A stretch of DNA of 64,000 bases from Planctomycetota bacterium (GTDB lineage: Bacteria; Planctomycetota; JAJSAM01; JAJVHW01). Position numbers and translations under genes: made by a program. A model generated the notes under the pieces. It ran no database searches, was not told the origin of the DNA, and saw only the letters and a program-made list of their open reading frames with translations. Position 1 is the stretch's first letter. Every line of letters begins with the position of its first letter. The stretch is taken from assembly GCA_024280885.1 (NCBI GenBank), contig JAJRPF010000055.1:39674-103673 (forward strand), given 5' to 3'. Below are positions 18,140 to 27,696 of this stretch, one piece after another.

Positions 18140-20274
18140 GGCAAGTCGATCTCCATGCGAATGAGGACGTACGTCGAGCCTTCGTCCGCCGTTCCGGGAA
18201 GCGCGATGGGGCTCTCGTTCGCGGACGCCAGCAGCAGTGCCTTTCCGGACCGCAGCGCGTCGCCGCGTCCGATGCCGGTGCGCGCAAAGAGAACCTGCCG
18301 ATTGAGAGAGAGTGGTTGCGGCACTCCGGGCGCGAGCGGCATGCCGTCGATCCCGGATGTCGAGGTCCTGGAGAGGAAGCCGAGGAAATCGAGGACGTCG
18401 TTGCGCTCGGGGTCCTTCTGCAGTGAGCCGCCGTCACGCCACGTCGAGCCGAACCCCGCGTTCGCGACGTGCCACGTCGCCGTCTCCTCCTGCCCGGCAG
18501 GAATCCGCCCGAAGGCGTACATCCCATCGCGACCCGGCATGATCACGCTGACGGCTGCGAGGTCGACGGGAAGCCCATTGACGAGGCGCAACTGCGGGCG
18601 CGCACCATCGCCGATCCACTCCGCCTCGATGGTGCGCCCGGATGGCCCCTGCGCCACCGTGCGGACGGAGCGCTGTGAGCGGAAGGCGACCTGGACGCTC
18701 ACGGTCGGATCGAGCGTCTCGGTTCCCGCGACGACTACGGGCAGCGCACTGCCGACTGAACCGACCGCGCCGCCGCCGGGGAGCCTTGCACCGCCGACGA
18801 TCGTGGGGAGTGGGTAGTGGAGTTCCTGATCTGCACCGCGCGGGGAGTAGTACGCGACGAGGTCGTGGACGCGGACCACTTGCCGGCCGTCACGCCCGCC
18901 GTCGGCTAGATCCACGAGCACGATGCGATTGACGACGGCGCCCGATGCGAAGACGAGGAACGACGCGCCGTAGGCGACTGCGGTGAAGAGCAGCACGGCA
19001 CCGCCAAACGTGAATGTCGTCAAGCGCTGCTTCCCAAGGCGCCGCAACACGATCCAATCGAGCGGTCCGACCACGAGAACGTAGAGCGCGAGTGCGAGGA
19101 GCACGAGGATGAGTGGCGGAGCGGAGAACGCGTCCTTGCTCAGGATCTTCCCAACGGCTTCGTCGACATCGGTCGTCCCGCCGAACTGGAACGCGGACGC
19201 CGTCTCGGCGATCTCCTTCGTCCGGATCGGCGCGAGGCGACCGGAGAGAATACTGCCGACAGCTTCGAAGTGGCCGTGATCGGTGGCAGACCGGAGTGCC
19301 GCGCGCGCATCGAACGCGAGGAGTCGGATGCGGCCGTTGCCGAATGGGCGATCGACGTAGGGGACGAATTCGCCTTCGAAGACGAGCGGCAACCATACGC
19401 CCTCGAACGCCAGCCCGTCGCGCTTGGCCTTCTGCCCGGTTGCCTGCAACAAGATCGGCAGCAGTCGTTCGTACGACCTTCGTTCCGTCGCTCTCTTCGC
19501 GCGGCGCGGCAGGAAGGGAGCGAGGGGGGACGACCCGAGGGAGCCGACGTCGTCGCCGGGCGACACCACCAGCATGCCGCCGAGGGCGACCCAATCGAGA
19601 ACGCCATCGAGCGCCGCTGGGTCGGCGAGGACATCCGGCGAAGGATCGATCAGGACGAGCGCGTCGAAACCCTCGATCGAGAACGGTGCGGAAACGAGCG
19701 CCTCGAGGGCAACGGGCGCCGCCTCGATCCCATCGAGTTCGGCTGCCCACTCCTCGTACGACGGACTGAGCGCCTGTGGCAGTGTTGAGACGAGCACGTT
19801 TCTCTCGTCGCCGACGACGCCCACGATCCGCCCCGCCGAAGAGAGTTCAGCGCGCGCGAGCGGCTGCGGTCCCTGAACATCGATCGTCATGCGACCACGC
19901 GTATTGGTCTCGCCCATGTGCCGGACAGGAAGCGGCGGCGTGGTCTGGACAAAGAGCGAGAGCGAGGACGCGTAGGCCTGTGGCGCAGGGAGGATAAACC
20001 ACTCGCGGCGGGTTGCCCCTGGACCGACAAAGACGCTGCGGGTGTGACGCATCGGCGGACTGCCGAGAGCCTTCGATTGCGAGATCGTGAGACTGACGGC
20101 CGCCGCGTCGCGCCCGTCGTTGCGCAGCGTCACGGAGACGGGTGTCGTGCAACCGGCGATCCAGCGTCCGCCGTGGCCGAGACTCACGTCGACATGGATA
20201 TCGGCCCGGGCTGTGCTGAGCGGGGCCGCGAGGAGCACGAGCAGGGTGGCGAAGGCAGCGAGAAACGCTTTCAC
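18136..20274 (-). CDS. GldG-like ABC-transporter-associated large periplasmic/membrane protein
   Basis: About 712 aa with signal peptide KAFLAAFATLLVLLAAPLSTARA and a C-terminal TM helix; position upstream of the ABC ATPase/permease matches gldG-gldA-gldF order; start is either GTG 20274 (GTGA overlap with NHL gene stop) or ATG 20373. Confidence 0.55.
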   Translation of the reverse strand: MKAFLAAFATLLVLLAAPLSTARADIHVDVSLGHGGRWIAGCTTPVSVTLRNDGRDAAAVSLTISQSKALGSPPMRHTRSVFVGPGATRREWFILPAPQAYASSLSLFVQTTPPLPVRHMGETNTRGRMTIDVQGPQPLARAELSSAGRIVGVVGDERNVLVSTLPQALSPSYEEWAAELDGIEAAPVALEALVSAPFSIEGFDALVLIDPSPDVLADPAALDGVLDWVALGGMLVVSPGDDVGSLGSSPLAPFLPRRAKRATERRSYERLLPILLQATGQKAKRDGLAFEGVWLPLVFEGEFVPYVDRPFGNGRIRLLAFDARAALRSATDHGHFEAVGSILSGRLAPIRTKEIAETASAFQFGGTTDVDEAVGKILSKDAFSAPPLILVLLALALYVLVVGPLDWIVLRRLGKQRLTTFTFGGAVLLFTAVAYGASFLVFASGAVVNRIVLVDLADGGRDGRQVVRVHDLVAYYSPRGADQELHYPLPTIVGGARLPGGGAVGSVGSALPVVVAGTETLDPTVSVQVAFRSQRSVRTVAQGPSGRTIEAEWIGDGARPQLRLVNGLPVDLAAVSVIMPGRDGMYAFGRIPAGQEETATWHVANAGFGSTWRDGGSLQKDPERNDVLDFLGFLSRTSTSGIDGMPLAPGVPQPLSLNRQVLFARTGIGRGDALRSGKALLLASANESPIALPGTADEGSTYVLIRMEIDLP

Positions 20275-21203
20275 GGATTGCGCCAGTCTGCGGCCCTGGC
20301 GTCGAAACGCTGCACGCGGTGATTCCCCATGTCGGCAACATACAGGTAGCCAGCGTGCCACGCGATGTCCCACGGCTCTCGGAATTCTCCGGGTTCCGTT
20401 CCCTCTCTGCCGAGCACGCCGGTCAACGCGCCATCGGCGCGCAAGCGCAGAATGCGATGGCCGACGAGATCGGTGACGTAGAGCGTGCCGTCGGGGGCGC
20501 GGCAGAGGCCGTACGCGAGGACCTCGTCACCGAAGGGCCACTCCGGCAGTTGGCCGAGACACGCGCCGTCCTCTCCGAAGTGAACGATGCCCGCGACCTG
20601 ATCCGCGACGAGACTTCCGCCATCGGGGAGCGGGACGACCCCCATCGGTCGCACGAGCCCGCCGTCGGCATCGTCCGGCCCCCCGAACATCGACTTCGGG
20701 GAGCCATCGAGGGCGAGTACCTGGATGCGGTTCGTCGCTCCCATACCGTGATCGCTGATCAGGAGGTCGCCGTCGCTCCGCAAGCTGACGCGCTGCGGAA
20801 AGAGGAACTCGCCGGGTTGCACGCCGTAATCGCCGAAGACCGTCTCGGCTCCGGTCACCGGATCGATGAGACGCATGCGCGAGGAGTGCGTGTCCGCGAC
20901 GGCAAGACGTCCGTCGGGCAGCCAGGCCAGACCGATGGGCAAGCCGCGGCGCACGTCGCCCGGAACGATCGTGAGGGTCTGGCGCGGCGATCCGTCCAAC
21001 TCGAGGATCTGCAGTCGCCCGGTGCGGTCAAGGACGGCGATGCCCTGTTCCGAGACGGCGATCCCGCGCGGGTCGCGAAACTCCCCGTCACCGAGCCCCG
21101 GGCGTCCGATGACGTAGGGCGGATCCGGCGCGCACGCAGCGACCGTCGCGCCCAGGGCGACGATCGCAAGCAGCGGCAGCAACCGGCGCGAGAGGGTGAT
21201 CAC
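20271..21203 (-). CDS. NHL-repeat (six-bladed beta-propeller) lipoprotein
   Basis: Repeated motifs GEFRDPRGIAV, GQLPEWPFGD, GEFREPWDIAW typical of NHL repeats; lipoprotein-like signal LLPLLAIVALGATVAAC; likely GTG start at 21203 (track ORF extends to 21296). Confidence 0.7.
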   Translation of the reverse strand: MITLSRRLLPLLAIVALGATVAACAPDPPYVIGRPGLGDGEFRDPRGIAVSEQGIAVLDRTGRLQILELDGSPRQTLTIVPGDVRRGLPIGLAWLPDGRLAVADTHSSRMRLIDPVTGAETVFGDYGVQPGEFLFPQRVSLRSDGDLLISDHGMGATNRIQVLALDGSPKSMFGGPDDADGGLVRPMGVVPLPDGGSLVADQVAGIVHFGEDGACLGQLPEWPFGDEVLAYGLCRAPDGTLYVTDLVGHRILRLRADGALTGVLGREGTEPGEFREPWDIAWHAGYLYVADMGNHRVQRFDARAADWRNP

Positions 21204-21258
21204 GTCGAGATCGTAACCGGCATGGGGGAAAGGGGTTCGTCGCACTTCGGCGTCCGCC

Positions 21259-22959
21259 GTGCTCGCGCGTAGACTATGCCGTGTGAAACGAGTCATCCCC
21301 CTCCTGCTCCTCGTCCTGGTGGCGGCGGCCGTCGTATTCAGCTACATGGGTGGCGACCCCGTTGGGCGCGACGCGAATTTCGACGCGCGGCAGCTGACCG
21401 TCATCGAGCGTCGGCTCTCGGCTGGCGACGTGGCTGGTGCACGGAAAGCACTCGAGTCCGATACCGCACTGGGCGAGGCGGAGCGGCTCTACGCTTCCGC
21501 GGCGGTCGCGTTGGCGGAGCGCCGGATGGACGAAGCGCTGGCCGACGCCCGCGCGTCGCGTGCGATCGCGCCGGCGGCATGGCGCCCGCTCTCGCTCGAG
21601 TTCGCGGCGCTGTCGATGCTCGGGCGCTCTGCTGATGCGGGGGTTCTCGCCCACGATTCCGTCGAGGCGGCTCCCGACGACGAGCGTGTGCTCGCGTTGG
21701 CCGCTCATCATTGGGCCAGCACGCAGGACGACCCCAATCCGCATCTTGCGTTGGAACTTCTGGATCGCATCGAGGCTCTACCGGTTCGGCGCGCAGCGCA
21801 GGACGATCCGACGGCTGTCCGCCCGCGACAGATCATGGTTGTGCGCTACATGGCGTCGATGGCGACCGGTGCGTACGAGGAAGCTCTCGCCGTCGCGCAG
21901 GAGCTCGCCGACAGTGCGCCCGGCGATCCGTCGCTGGATGTGCTCGTCGGCGAGGCCGCTCGGCGGGGAGGCCATGCCTCCGTCGCCATCACGGCCTACA
22001 CGCGGGCCGTGAAGGGACAGCCGCAAGCGCGGCCGTGGCGCATCCATCTCATCCAACTACTGCTCGATAATCCGGGCTCGGTCGAAGAAGCGCTGCATCA
22101 AACGCAGTTCCTGCTCGAACGCGGCGTGGATCGCGACTCTCTCATCCTCCGTGCGCGTGCTCTCTCGCGAGCTGAGAAGATCCTGCCGAACGGTCCCGAC
22201 GAAGCCGCGGGCGTGTACCGTGCGCTCCTGACCAAGATGCCGGACGACCTCGTGGTCCTGCGCAATCTGGCGCTGCTGCTCTACGACTGGAAGCAAGGTG
22301 GGCAGGACGGCACGTATCTCGACGAGTCCTATTCGTTGCTGCGGCGCTACGTCTTCCGCGGCGGCGTCATCGACGACGACCTCGCCGACACGTGGAAGCA
22401 ACTCCAGCTCCACGCCGAGAAGCGCATTTCTCCCGAGGTCGTGACCGAAGTCGGGCGCGTATTTGCCGAGAATCCGGGAGATTCCGACGCCGCCGAGGCG
22501 TATCGCGCTGCATTGGTTGCGCAGGGGAAGGATCGCGAGGCGGGCGACGTGGTGCGGAAGGCTCTCGCGGCAGCTCCCGACAACGCGGCTGTCCGCCTGC
22601 TCGCAGCGCGTCATTTCCTGGCCGAGGGTCCGGATCAACAGCCCGACACCGCCCTGGCGGAACTCGCTGCCGTCACGAAGATGATGGGGGGCGACGCCGC
22701 GTTGCCGGAGTCCGTCGTCTGGTTGCGGACGCTGGCGTACATCTGGGCCGCGCGTCCCGAGGAAGCACTTGTGGATGCAGAGCGACTCCTGGTTCTCCGA
22801 CCGACGGAGCCCGCTTACCTCGAAGCGGTCGGTCGTGCGCTGCTCATGCTTGAGCGGTTCGCGGAGGCCGAGAGCAAGTTCCGCGAGGCGCATTCTCTGG
22901 CACCGCGGCCGGAACTGGAGACGCTGATCGAGCGGGCCGTCCAGCGGCGTACAGAGTAG
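21259..22959 (+). CDS. TPR-like repeat protein with N-terminal signal anchor
   Basis: 566 aa; N-terminal hydrophobic VIPLLLLVLVAAAVV; Ala/Leu-rich helical repeats with TPR-like periodicity; divergent from the long operon. Confidence 0.65.
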   Translation: MLARRLCRVKRVIPLLLLVLVAAAVVFSYMGGDPVGRDANFDARQLTVIERRLSAGDVAGARKALESDTALGEAERLYASAAVALAERRMDEALADARASRAIAPAAWRPLSLEFAALSMLGRSADAGVLAHDSVEAAPDDERVLALAAHHWASTQDDPNPHLALELLDRIEALPVRRAAQDDPTAVRPRQIMVVRYMASMATGAYEEALAVAQELADSAPGDPSLDVLVGEAARRGGHASVAITAYTRAVKGQPQARPWRIHLIQLLLDNPGSVEEALHQTQFLLERGVDRDSLILRARALSRAEKILPNGPDEAAGVYRALLTKMPDDLVVLRNLALLLYDWKQGGQDGTYLDESYSLLRRYVFRGGVIDDDLADTWKQLQLHAEKRISPEVVTEVGRVFAENPGDSDAAEAYRAALVAQGKDREAGDVVRKALAAAPDNAAVRLLAARHFLAEGPDQQPDTALAELAAVTKMMGGDAALPESVVWLRTLAYIWAARPEEALVDAERLLVLRPTEPAYLEAVGRALLMLERFAEAESKFREAHSLAPRPELETLIERAVQRRTE

Positions 22960-23110
22960 GCGACGTAGCGGGGAGTCGCTGGGAGGCCCTATCCGATTGC
23001 GCGCATGAGGTCCGCGGACCTCGACGGCGACGTGAGTGCATGCGATGCGAATCGAGCTCTGTGCGGTGATAGACTCTCGTTCCGTGAATACCATTGTTCA
23101 GGAGAAGCGC

Positions 23111-24442
23111 ATGCTCGATCCGGATCGCGCGCAGAGGCTCGCGCAGATCGCCCTTGAAGAGTCCGGGGCTGACGAGACCGAGGTCTGTGTCACGCAGTAC
23201 GAAGAGGAACTCAATCGGTTCACCGCCGATCATCCTGTGCAGAATCTCGTCCGGCGGATGGCGAACGTGGCGGTGCGGGTGCGTAGCAACGGACGCGAGG
23301 GCAAAGCGAGCACGGGCACGCCGACCGAGGCCGCTGTCCGCACGACGGTCCGACGCGCAATCGAAGCCGCGCGGCACATGCCAGCCGGCGAGTTCGTGCC
23401 GATGGCGGGGCCGCAGGAAGACTACCGGTTGCGGCGACCGGACCCGCTGACGCCAGACCCCGACCACACCGCCGACGCGGTGGCGCGCATGACCGGTGCG
23501 TGCCGCGACGCGGGCTGCACGGCGGCTGGCATCCAGGGCGTCGAGAACGATCTGCGGCTCATTGCCAACTCGAACGGCCTCTCGGTCTGGGATCTCGACA
23601 CCCGCGCACGGGCGTCGCTCTCGGTCTTCGCTGACGAGGGCGCGGGATGGGCCGATGGCTTGTGCGCGGGACGCGACGCACTCGATGTCGATGCCATTGC
23701 ACGGCGTGCCGTCGACAAGGCGCTGGCGAGTCGCGCACCGCACGGCGTCGATCCTGGTGAGTACACGGTCGTGCTCGAGCCGGCCGCCGTCGCGAGCCTG
23801 CTCCTCTTCGCTGCCTACAAGGGCTTCGGAGCACAACAGGTGCAGGACGGCTCCAGTTTCCTGGCGGGGAAGGTCGGAGAGCGCGTCGCGCACGAGAGCG
23901 TCTCGATTGACGACGATGTCTACAACCCACTCACCGTCGGTCACGTATTCGACGGCGAGGGTATGCCTCGTTCGTCCGTCGCCCTCATCGAGCACGGCGT
24001 GGCACGCGGGTTGGTCCACGATCGCCGCACAGCGCAGAAACAGGGGTGTCGTTCGACGGGGCATGCGCTACCGCAGCCGAACGTCTCGGGACCGTTGCCA
24101 GCCAACATCGTCATGTCGTCGGGCGCGGGCGAGACAGGGGATCTGATCAAGGATGTGGATCGCGGCATCCTGATCACCGAGTTCCATTACACGAACATGG
24201 TCGAGCCGACGAAGTTGACGCTGACGGGGATGACCCGCAACGGGACGTTCTTGATCGAGAACGGCGTCGTCACACGGCCCGTCAAGAACATGCGCTTCAC
24301 GCAGTCCTTGGTCGAGGCGCTCGAACGCGTCTCCGGTCTTGGCGGCGACGCGCGCCTCGCGTCGGCCCTCTTCGGTGGCTACACCGTCGTGCCCTCGCTG
24401 CGCGTCGACGGTTTCCGCTTCACCAGCCGGACGGACTTCTGA
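23111..24442 (+). CDS. pmbA: TldE/PmbA-family (peptidase U62) protein, paired non-catalytic subunit
   Basis: U62/modulator-of-DNA-gyrase fold pattern without an HExxxH motif; ATG 23111 preceded by AGGAGA; directly upstream of the tldD paralog. Confidence 0.75.
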   Translation: MLDPDRAQRLAQIALEESGADETEVCVTQYEEELNRFTADHPVQNLVRRMANVAVRVRSNGREGKASTGTPTEAAVRTTVRRAIEAARHMPAGEFVPMAGPQEDYRLRRPDPLTPDPDHTADAVARMTGACRDAGCTAAGIQGVENDLRLIANSNGLSVWDLDTRARASLSVFADEGAGWADGLCAGRDALDVDAIARRAVDKALASRAPHGVDPGEYTVVLEPAAVASLLLFAAYKGFGAQQVQDGSSFLAGKVGERVAHESVSIDDDVYNPLTVGHVFDGEGMPRSSVALIEHGVARGLVHDRRTAQKQGCRSTGHALPQPNVSGPLPANIVMSSGAGETGDLIKDVDRGILITEFHYTNMVEPTKLTLTGMTRNGTFLIENGVVTRPVKNMRFTQSLVEALERVSGLGGDARLASALFGGYTVVPSLRVDGFRFTSRTDF

Positions 24443-24491
24443 AATGACCGCTTCTGAGATGACCCCTTCCGAGATGACTGGGAGAGCAAGC

Positions 24492-25973
24492 ATGAGCGCA
24501 GTCGCCACACCGACCGAGACGGCCCTCTGGAGAGAACTTGGATTGCGCGCGCTCGACGTGGCGCAGCGTGGCGGCGCGGATTGGGCCGACGTTCGTCTCG
24601 GTCGCGTCGAGGTCGAGGAGATCGCGATCCGCAATGGCCGCGTGGCGCGGCTGGAACAGTCGGAACAGGCCGGTTTCGGCGTGCGCGTGCTCGTTGACGG
24701 AGCACACGGATTCGCGTCGGGCTTCGACGTCACCCCGGACGAGGTCGAGCGCGTCGCGAACCTTGCCGTGCGCATCGCAAAGGCGGGTCGCCGTGCCGGT
24801 CCGGGGAGATTGCAATGGGCTGGTGAACCGGCGCACCGCGATGTCTGGACATCCACGTATCTGGTGGATCCATTCGCGGTCTCGTTGGAGAAGAAGCTCG
24901 ATCTTCTCATGCGCGCGGACAAGGTTCTGCGCACGAAGCCCGAGATCACGGCAACGTCTTGCTCGATGTCGTTCCGGCGCGAGTCGCAGCTCTTCCTCTC
25001 GAGCGAAGGCGCTGACATCGAACAGCGCGTCGTGCGCAGTGGCGCCGGGATCAGTTGCGTCGCACACACCGACGGCGAGACGCAAGTACGCAGCTATCCG
25101 GCCGCGTTCGGCGGCAACTTCATGTCGGTCGGCTACGAACTGGTGGGGTCGCTCGATCTCGTCGGCAACGCCGAACGGTGTCGCGACGAAGCGATCGAGT
25201 TGCTGTCAGCCGACCCGTGTCCCGTGGGCGAGACGGACATCATCCTTTCGGGCGATCAGCTCGCGTTGCAGATCCACGAGTCGGTCGGACATGCGACGGA
25301 ACTCGACCGCGTACAGGGCTGGGAGGCGAATTTCGCGGGCACCTCGTTCATGGACACGGGCAAGCTCGATGGCTTCCGCTACGGCAGCGACATCGTCAAC
25401 CTCGTGGCCGACGCGACCGTCCCGGGTGGGCTGGCAACGGTCGGCTACGACGACGACGGCGTGCGCAGCCAACGCTGGCACATCGTGCAGGACGGTAAGT
25501 TTGCCGCGTACCAGACTTCGCGCGACGTCGCACACTTCGAGAACAACGAGCGCAGCCGCGGGTGCAGTCGCGCCGAGGGCATGTGGAACGTCCCGATCGT
25601 CCGGATTTCGAATCTCTCGCTCATGCCGGGTTCGTGGACGTTCGACGACCTCGTTGCCGACACCGAGGATGGGATCTACATGGCCGGCGTCAAATGCTGG
25701 TCCATCGATCAGCAACGGCTGAACTTCCAGTTCACTTGCGAGTACGGCCGCGAGATCAAGAACGGTCAGTTCGGGCGTCTGCTGAAGAACCCGACGTATC
25801 AGGGGCTGACGCCGCAATTCTGGTCGGCGTGCGACGCGATCTGCGCGCCAGAAGAATGGCGTCTGTGGGGCGTCCCGAACTGCGGCAAGGGCCAGCCGAT
25901 GCAGACCGCCGAGATGTCGCACGGCGCGGCGCCTACGCGCTTCCGCAAGCAGGCAGTCGGCGTTCGCGCCTGA
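24492..25973 (+). CDS. tldD: TldD-family (peptidase U62) metalloprotease
   Basis: Contains HESVGHATELD (HExxxH zinc motif of TldD) and C-terminal GxC motifs; ATG 24492 preceded by GGGAGAG. Confidence 0.8.
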   Translation: MSAVATPTETALWRELGLRALDVAQRGGADWADVRLGRVEVEEIAIRNGRVARLEQSEQAGFGVRVLVDGAHGFASGFDVTPDEVERVANLAVRIAKAGRRAGPGRLQWAGEPAHRDVWTSTYLVDPFAVSLEKKLDLLMRADKVLRTKPEITATSCSMSFRRESQLFLSSEGADIEQRVVRSGAGISCVAHTDGETQVRSYPAAFGGNFMSVGYELVGSLDLVGNAERCRDEAIELLSADPCPVGETDIILSGDQLALQIHESVGHATELDRVQGWEANFAGTSFMDTGKLDGFRYGSDIVNLVADATVPGGLATVGYDDDGVRSQRWHIVQDGKFAAYQTSRDVAHFENNERSRGCSRAEGMWNVPIVRISNLSLMPGSWTFDDLVADTEDGIYMAGVKCWSIDQQRLNFQFTCEYGREIKNGQFGRLLKNPTYQGLTPQFWSACDAICAPEEWRLWGVPNCGKGQPMQTAEMSHGAAPTRFRKQAVGVRA

Positions 25974-25989
25974 GCTTCTCCCGCACGCG

Positions 25990-27558
25990 ATGGACGATCC
26001 GTTTGATTGGCAGGCGGTCTATCCGCGTGGTTTGACGCGCGAACTTCCGGCCCTCGAGCAGGCGTGGGACGCCGTCTTGCAGAGTGCGGATGCGAGCGAC
26101 GCGACAGCGCGAGTCGCGCTCACTTCGGCCGATGGGGACATGACGTACCGCGATCTCCACATCGGTGCGACAGATCGCGCGACGCGGTTGCGCACTCTCT
26201 CTGCGGAGCCGAGCGAGAGGGTGCTTCTCATTCGGCACGCGAACGGGAGCGCGTTTGCGTGTGCCGTCTTCGGTGCCTATCTCGCGGGATGGAAAGTCGT
26301 CGCCGTCTCTCCGGATGCGCCAGAGAGCGTGCTACGAGAGATCGTGACGGACGCGTCTCCGAGCGTGGTTGCGTGCCCGAAGTCTGATCGGGCAACGCTG
26401 CGCCGGATTGCCCCCACGATCCGTCTCCTCGACGAGATCCGTGTCGTCGCAGAGCCGAGTGTTGCCACGTGTCCAGCGATCGCCTCGCACGGTCCGCGCA
26501 GCGGCAAGGACGTCGCCGTCCTGCAGTACACGAGCGGCACGACCGGCGGCCGCAAAGCCGCGCGCATGTCGCAGCGCAATCTCATGGCGAATGCGTTGCA
26601 GAACAATCTGTGGTTCGATTGGACGCCTGACGACGTCGTTCTCGGTGCGCTCCCGTTCTGTCACACGTGGGGATTGTCGTGCGTGCTGCATGCCGCCGTG
26701 CTCGCGCGAGCGCGCATCGTCGTGATCGAACGCTTCGACGCCGACGAGGTCCTCGCGGCCATCGAACGCGAACAGATCACGGTGGCCTACGGCAGCGCGA
26801 CGATGTGGCATCGCCTGCTCGACGCGGCGGGGGCCTCTGCAGCGCGTGTCTTCTGTTCCCTGCGCTACGTGAAGGCGGGCGCCATGCTGGTGGGCGGCGA
26901 TCTCGCTGATCGCTGGGCGAGGGCGGTCCCCGAGGTGCCCATGGTTCTCGGCTATGGGTTGACGGAAGCGTCTCCCGAGGTCTGCAACAACCCATTGCAT
27001 GCGCCCAGACCGGGAACGGTCGGTGTTCCGTTGCCCGGAACGGAGATCAGGCTCCGCGCACCCGATGATCCCGACGGAGAAGACGTTGCGCAGGGTGAGC
27101 TGCAGGTGCGTGGCCCACAGGTCACCTCCGGCTATCACAATCGTCCGGACGCGACGAGCGCGGCGTTCACGGCCGACGGTTGGCTGCGCACGGGCGATGT
27201 CGCGCGCTTTGACGACGCGGGTTACGTCGTGATCGTGGACCGGCTGAAGGACCTCATCAAATTCCGTGGCTACAGCATCGCGCCGGCAGTCGTCGAGGCT
27301 GCGCTGCGCGTGCATCCGGGCGTCCGCGACGCGGTCGTCGTCGGGGTCACGGACAACGTGGACGGCGAGGTGCCGGTGGCGTTCGTCGAGACGGCACCCG
27401 GGTGCGATCCGCCGTCTGACGAGGCGCTACATGCGCTGGCCGCCGAACGACTGGCTCGCTACGAGGCCCCCCGAATGTTCGTCTCGATCGACGCGATACC
27501 ACGCAATCACGTCGGAAAACCGCTGCGCCGCGTCCTACGCGATCGCGCAAATTTGTGA
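25990..27558 (+). CDS. AMP-dependent synthetase/ligase (acyl-CoA synthetase family)
   Basis: AMP-binding signature LQYTSGTTGGRKAA; YGLTE motif; GWLRTGD; C-terminal conserved Lys (VGKPLRR). Confidence 0.85.
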   Translation: MDDPFDWQAVYPRGLTRELPALEQAWDAVLQSADASDATARVALTSADGDMTYRDLHIGATDRATRLRTLSAEPSERVLLIRHANGSAFACAVFGAYLAGWKVVAVSPDAPESVLREIVTDASPSVVACPKSDRATLRRIAPTIRLLDEIRVVAEPSVATCPAIASHGPRSGKDVAVLQYTSGTTGGRKAARMSQRNLMANALQNNLWFDWTPDDVVLGALPFCHTWGLSCVLHAAVLARARIVVIERFDADEVLAAIEREQITVAYGSATMWHRLLDAAGASAARVFCSLRYVKAGAMLVGGDLADRWARAVPEVPMVLGYGLTEASPEVCNNPLHAPRPGTVGVPLPGTEIRLRAPDDPDGEDVAQGELQVRGPQVTSGYHNRPDATSAAFTADGWLRTGDVARFDDAGYVVIVDRLKDLIKFRGYSIAPAVVEAALRVHPGVRDAVVVGVTDNVDGEVPVAFVETAPGCDPPSDEALHALAAERLARYEAPRMFVSIDAIPRNHVGKPLRRVLRDRANL

Positions 27559-27696
27559 CCCCGGTCGCCCCTTGCCCTCGTTCTGGACTTGACGGGGGTA
27601 GTGCCGGGCATGGCATCCTCGGTGTGGATCGAGAGGGACTGCGAACCGGATAGGGACAATCAGGACGTTGAAGACAGGACGTTGAAGGAGACTCCG

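Noticed and set aside
17078-18817. 579-aa + strand ORF
   Set aside because: Antisense to the ABC ATPase and GldG-like genes, whose Walker/signature motifs are decisive; the composition is not protein-like.
22057-24064. 345-aa and 406-aa minus-strand ORFs
   Set aside because: Antisense to the TPR and TldE genes; no motifs, Arg-rich.
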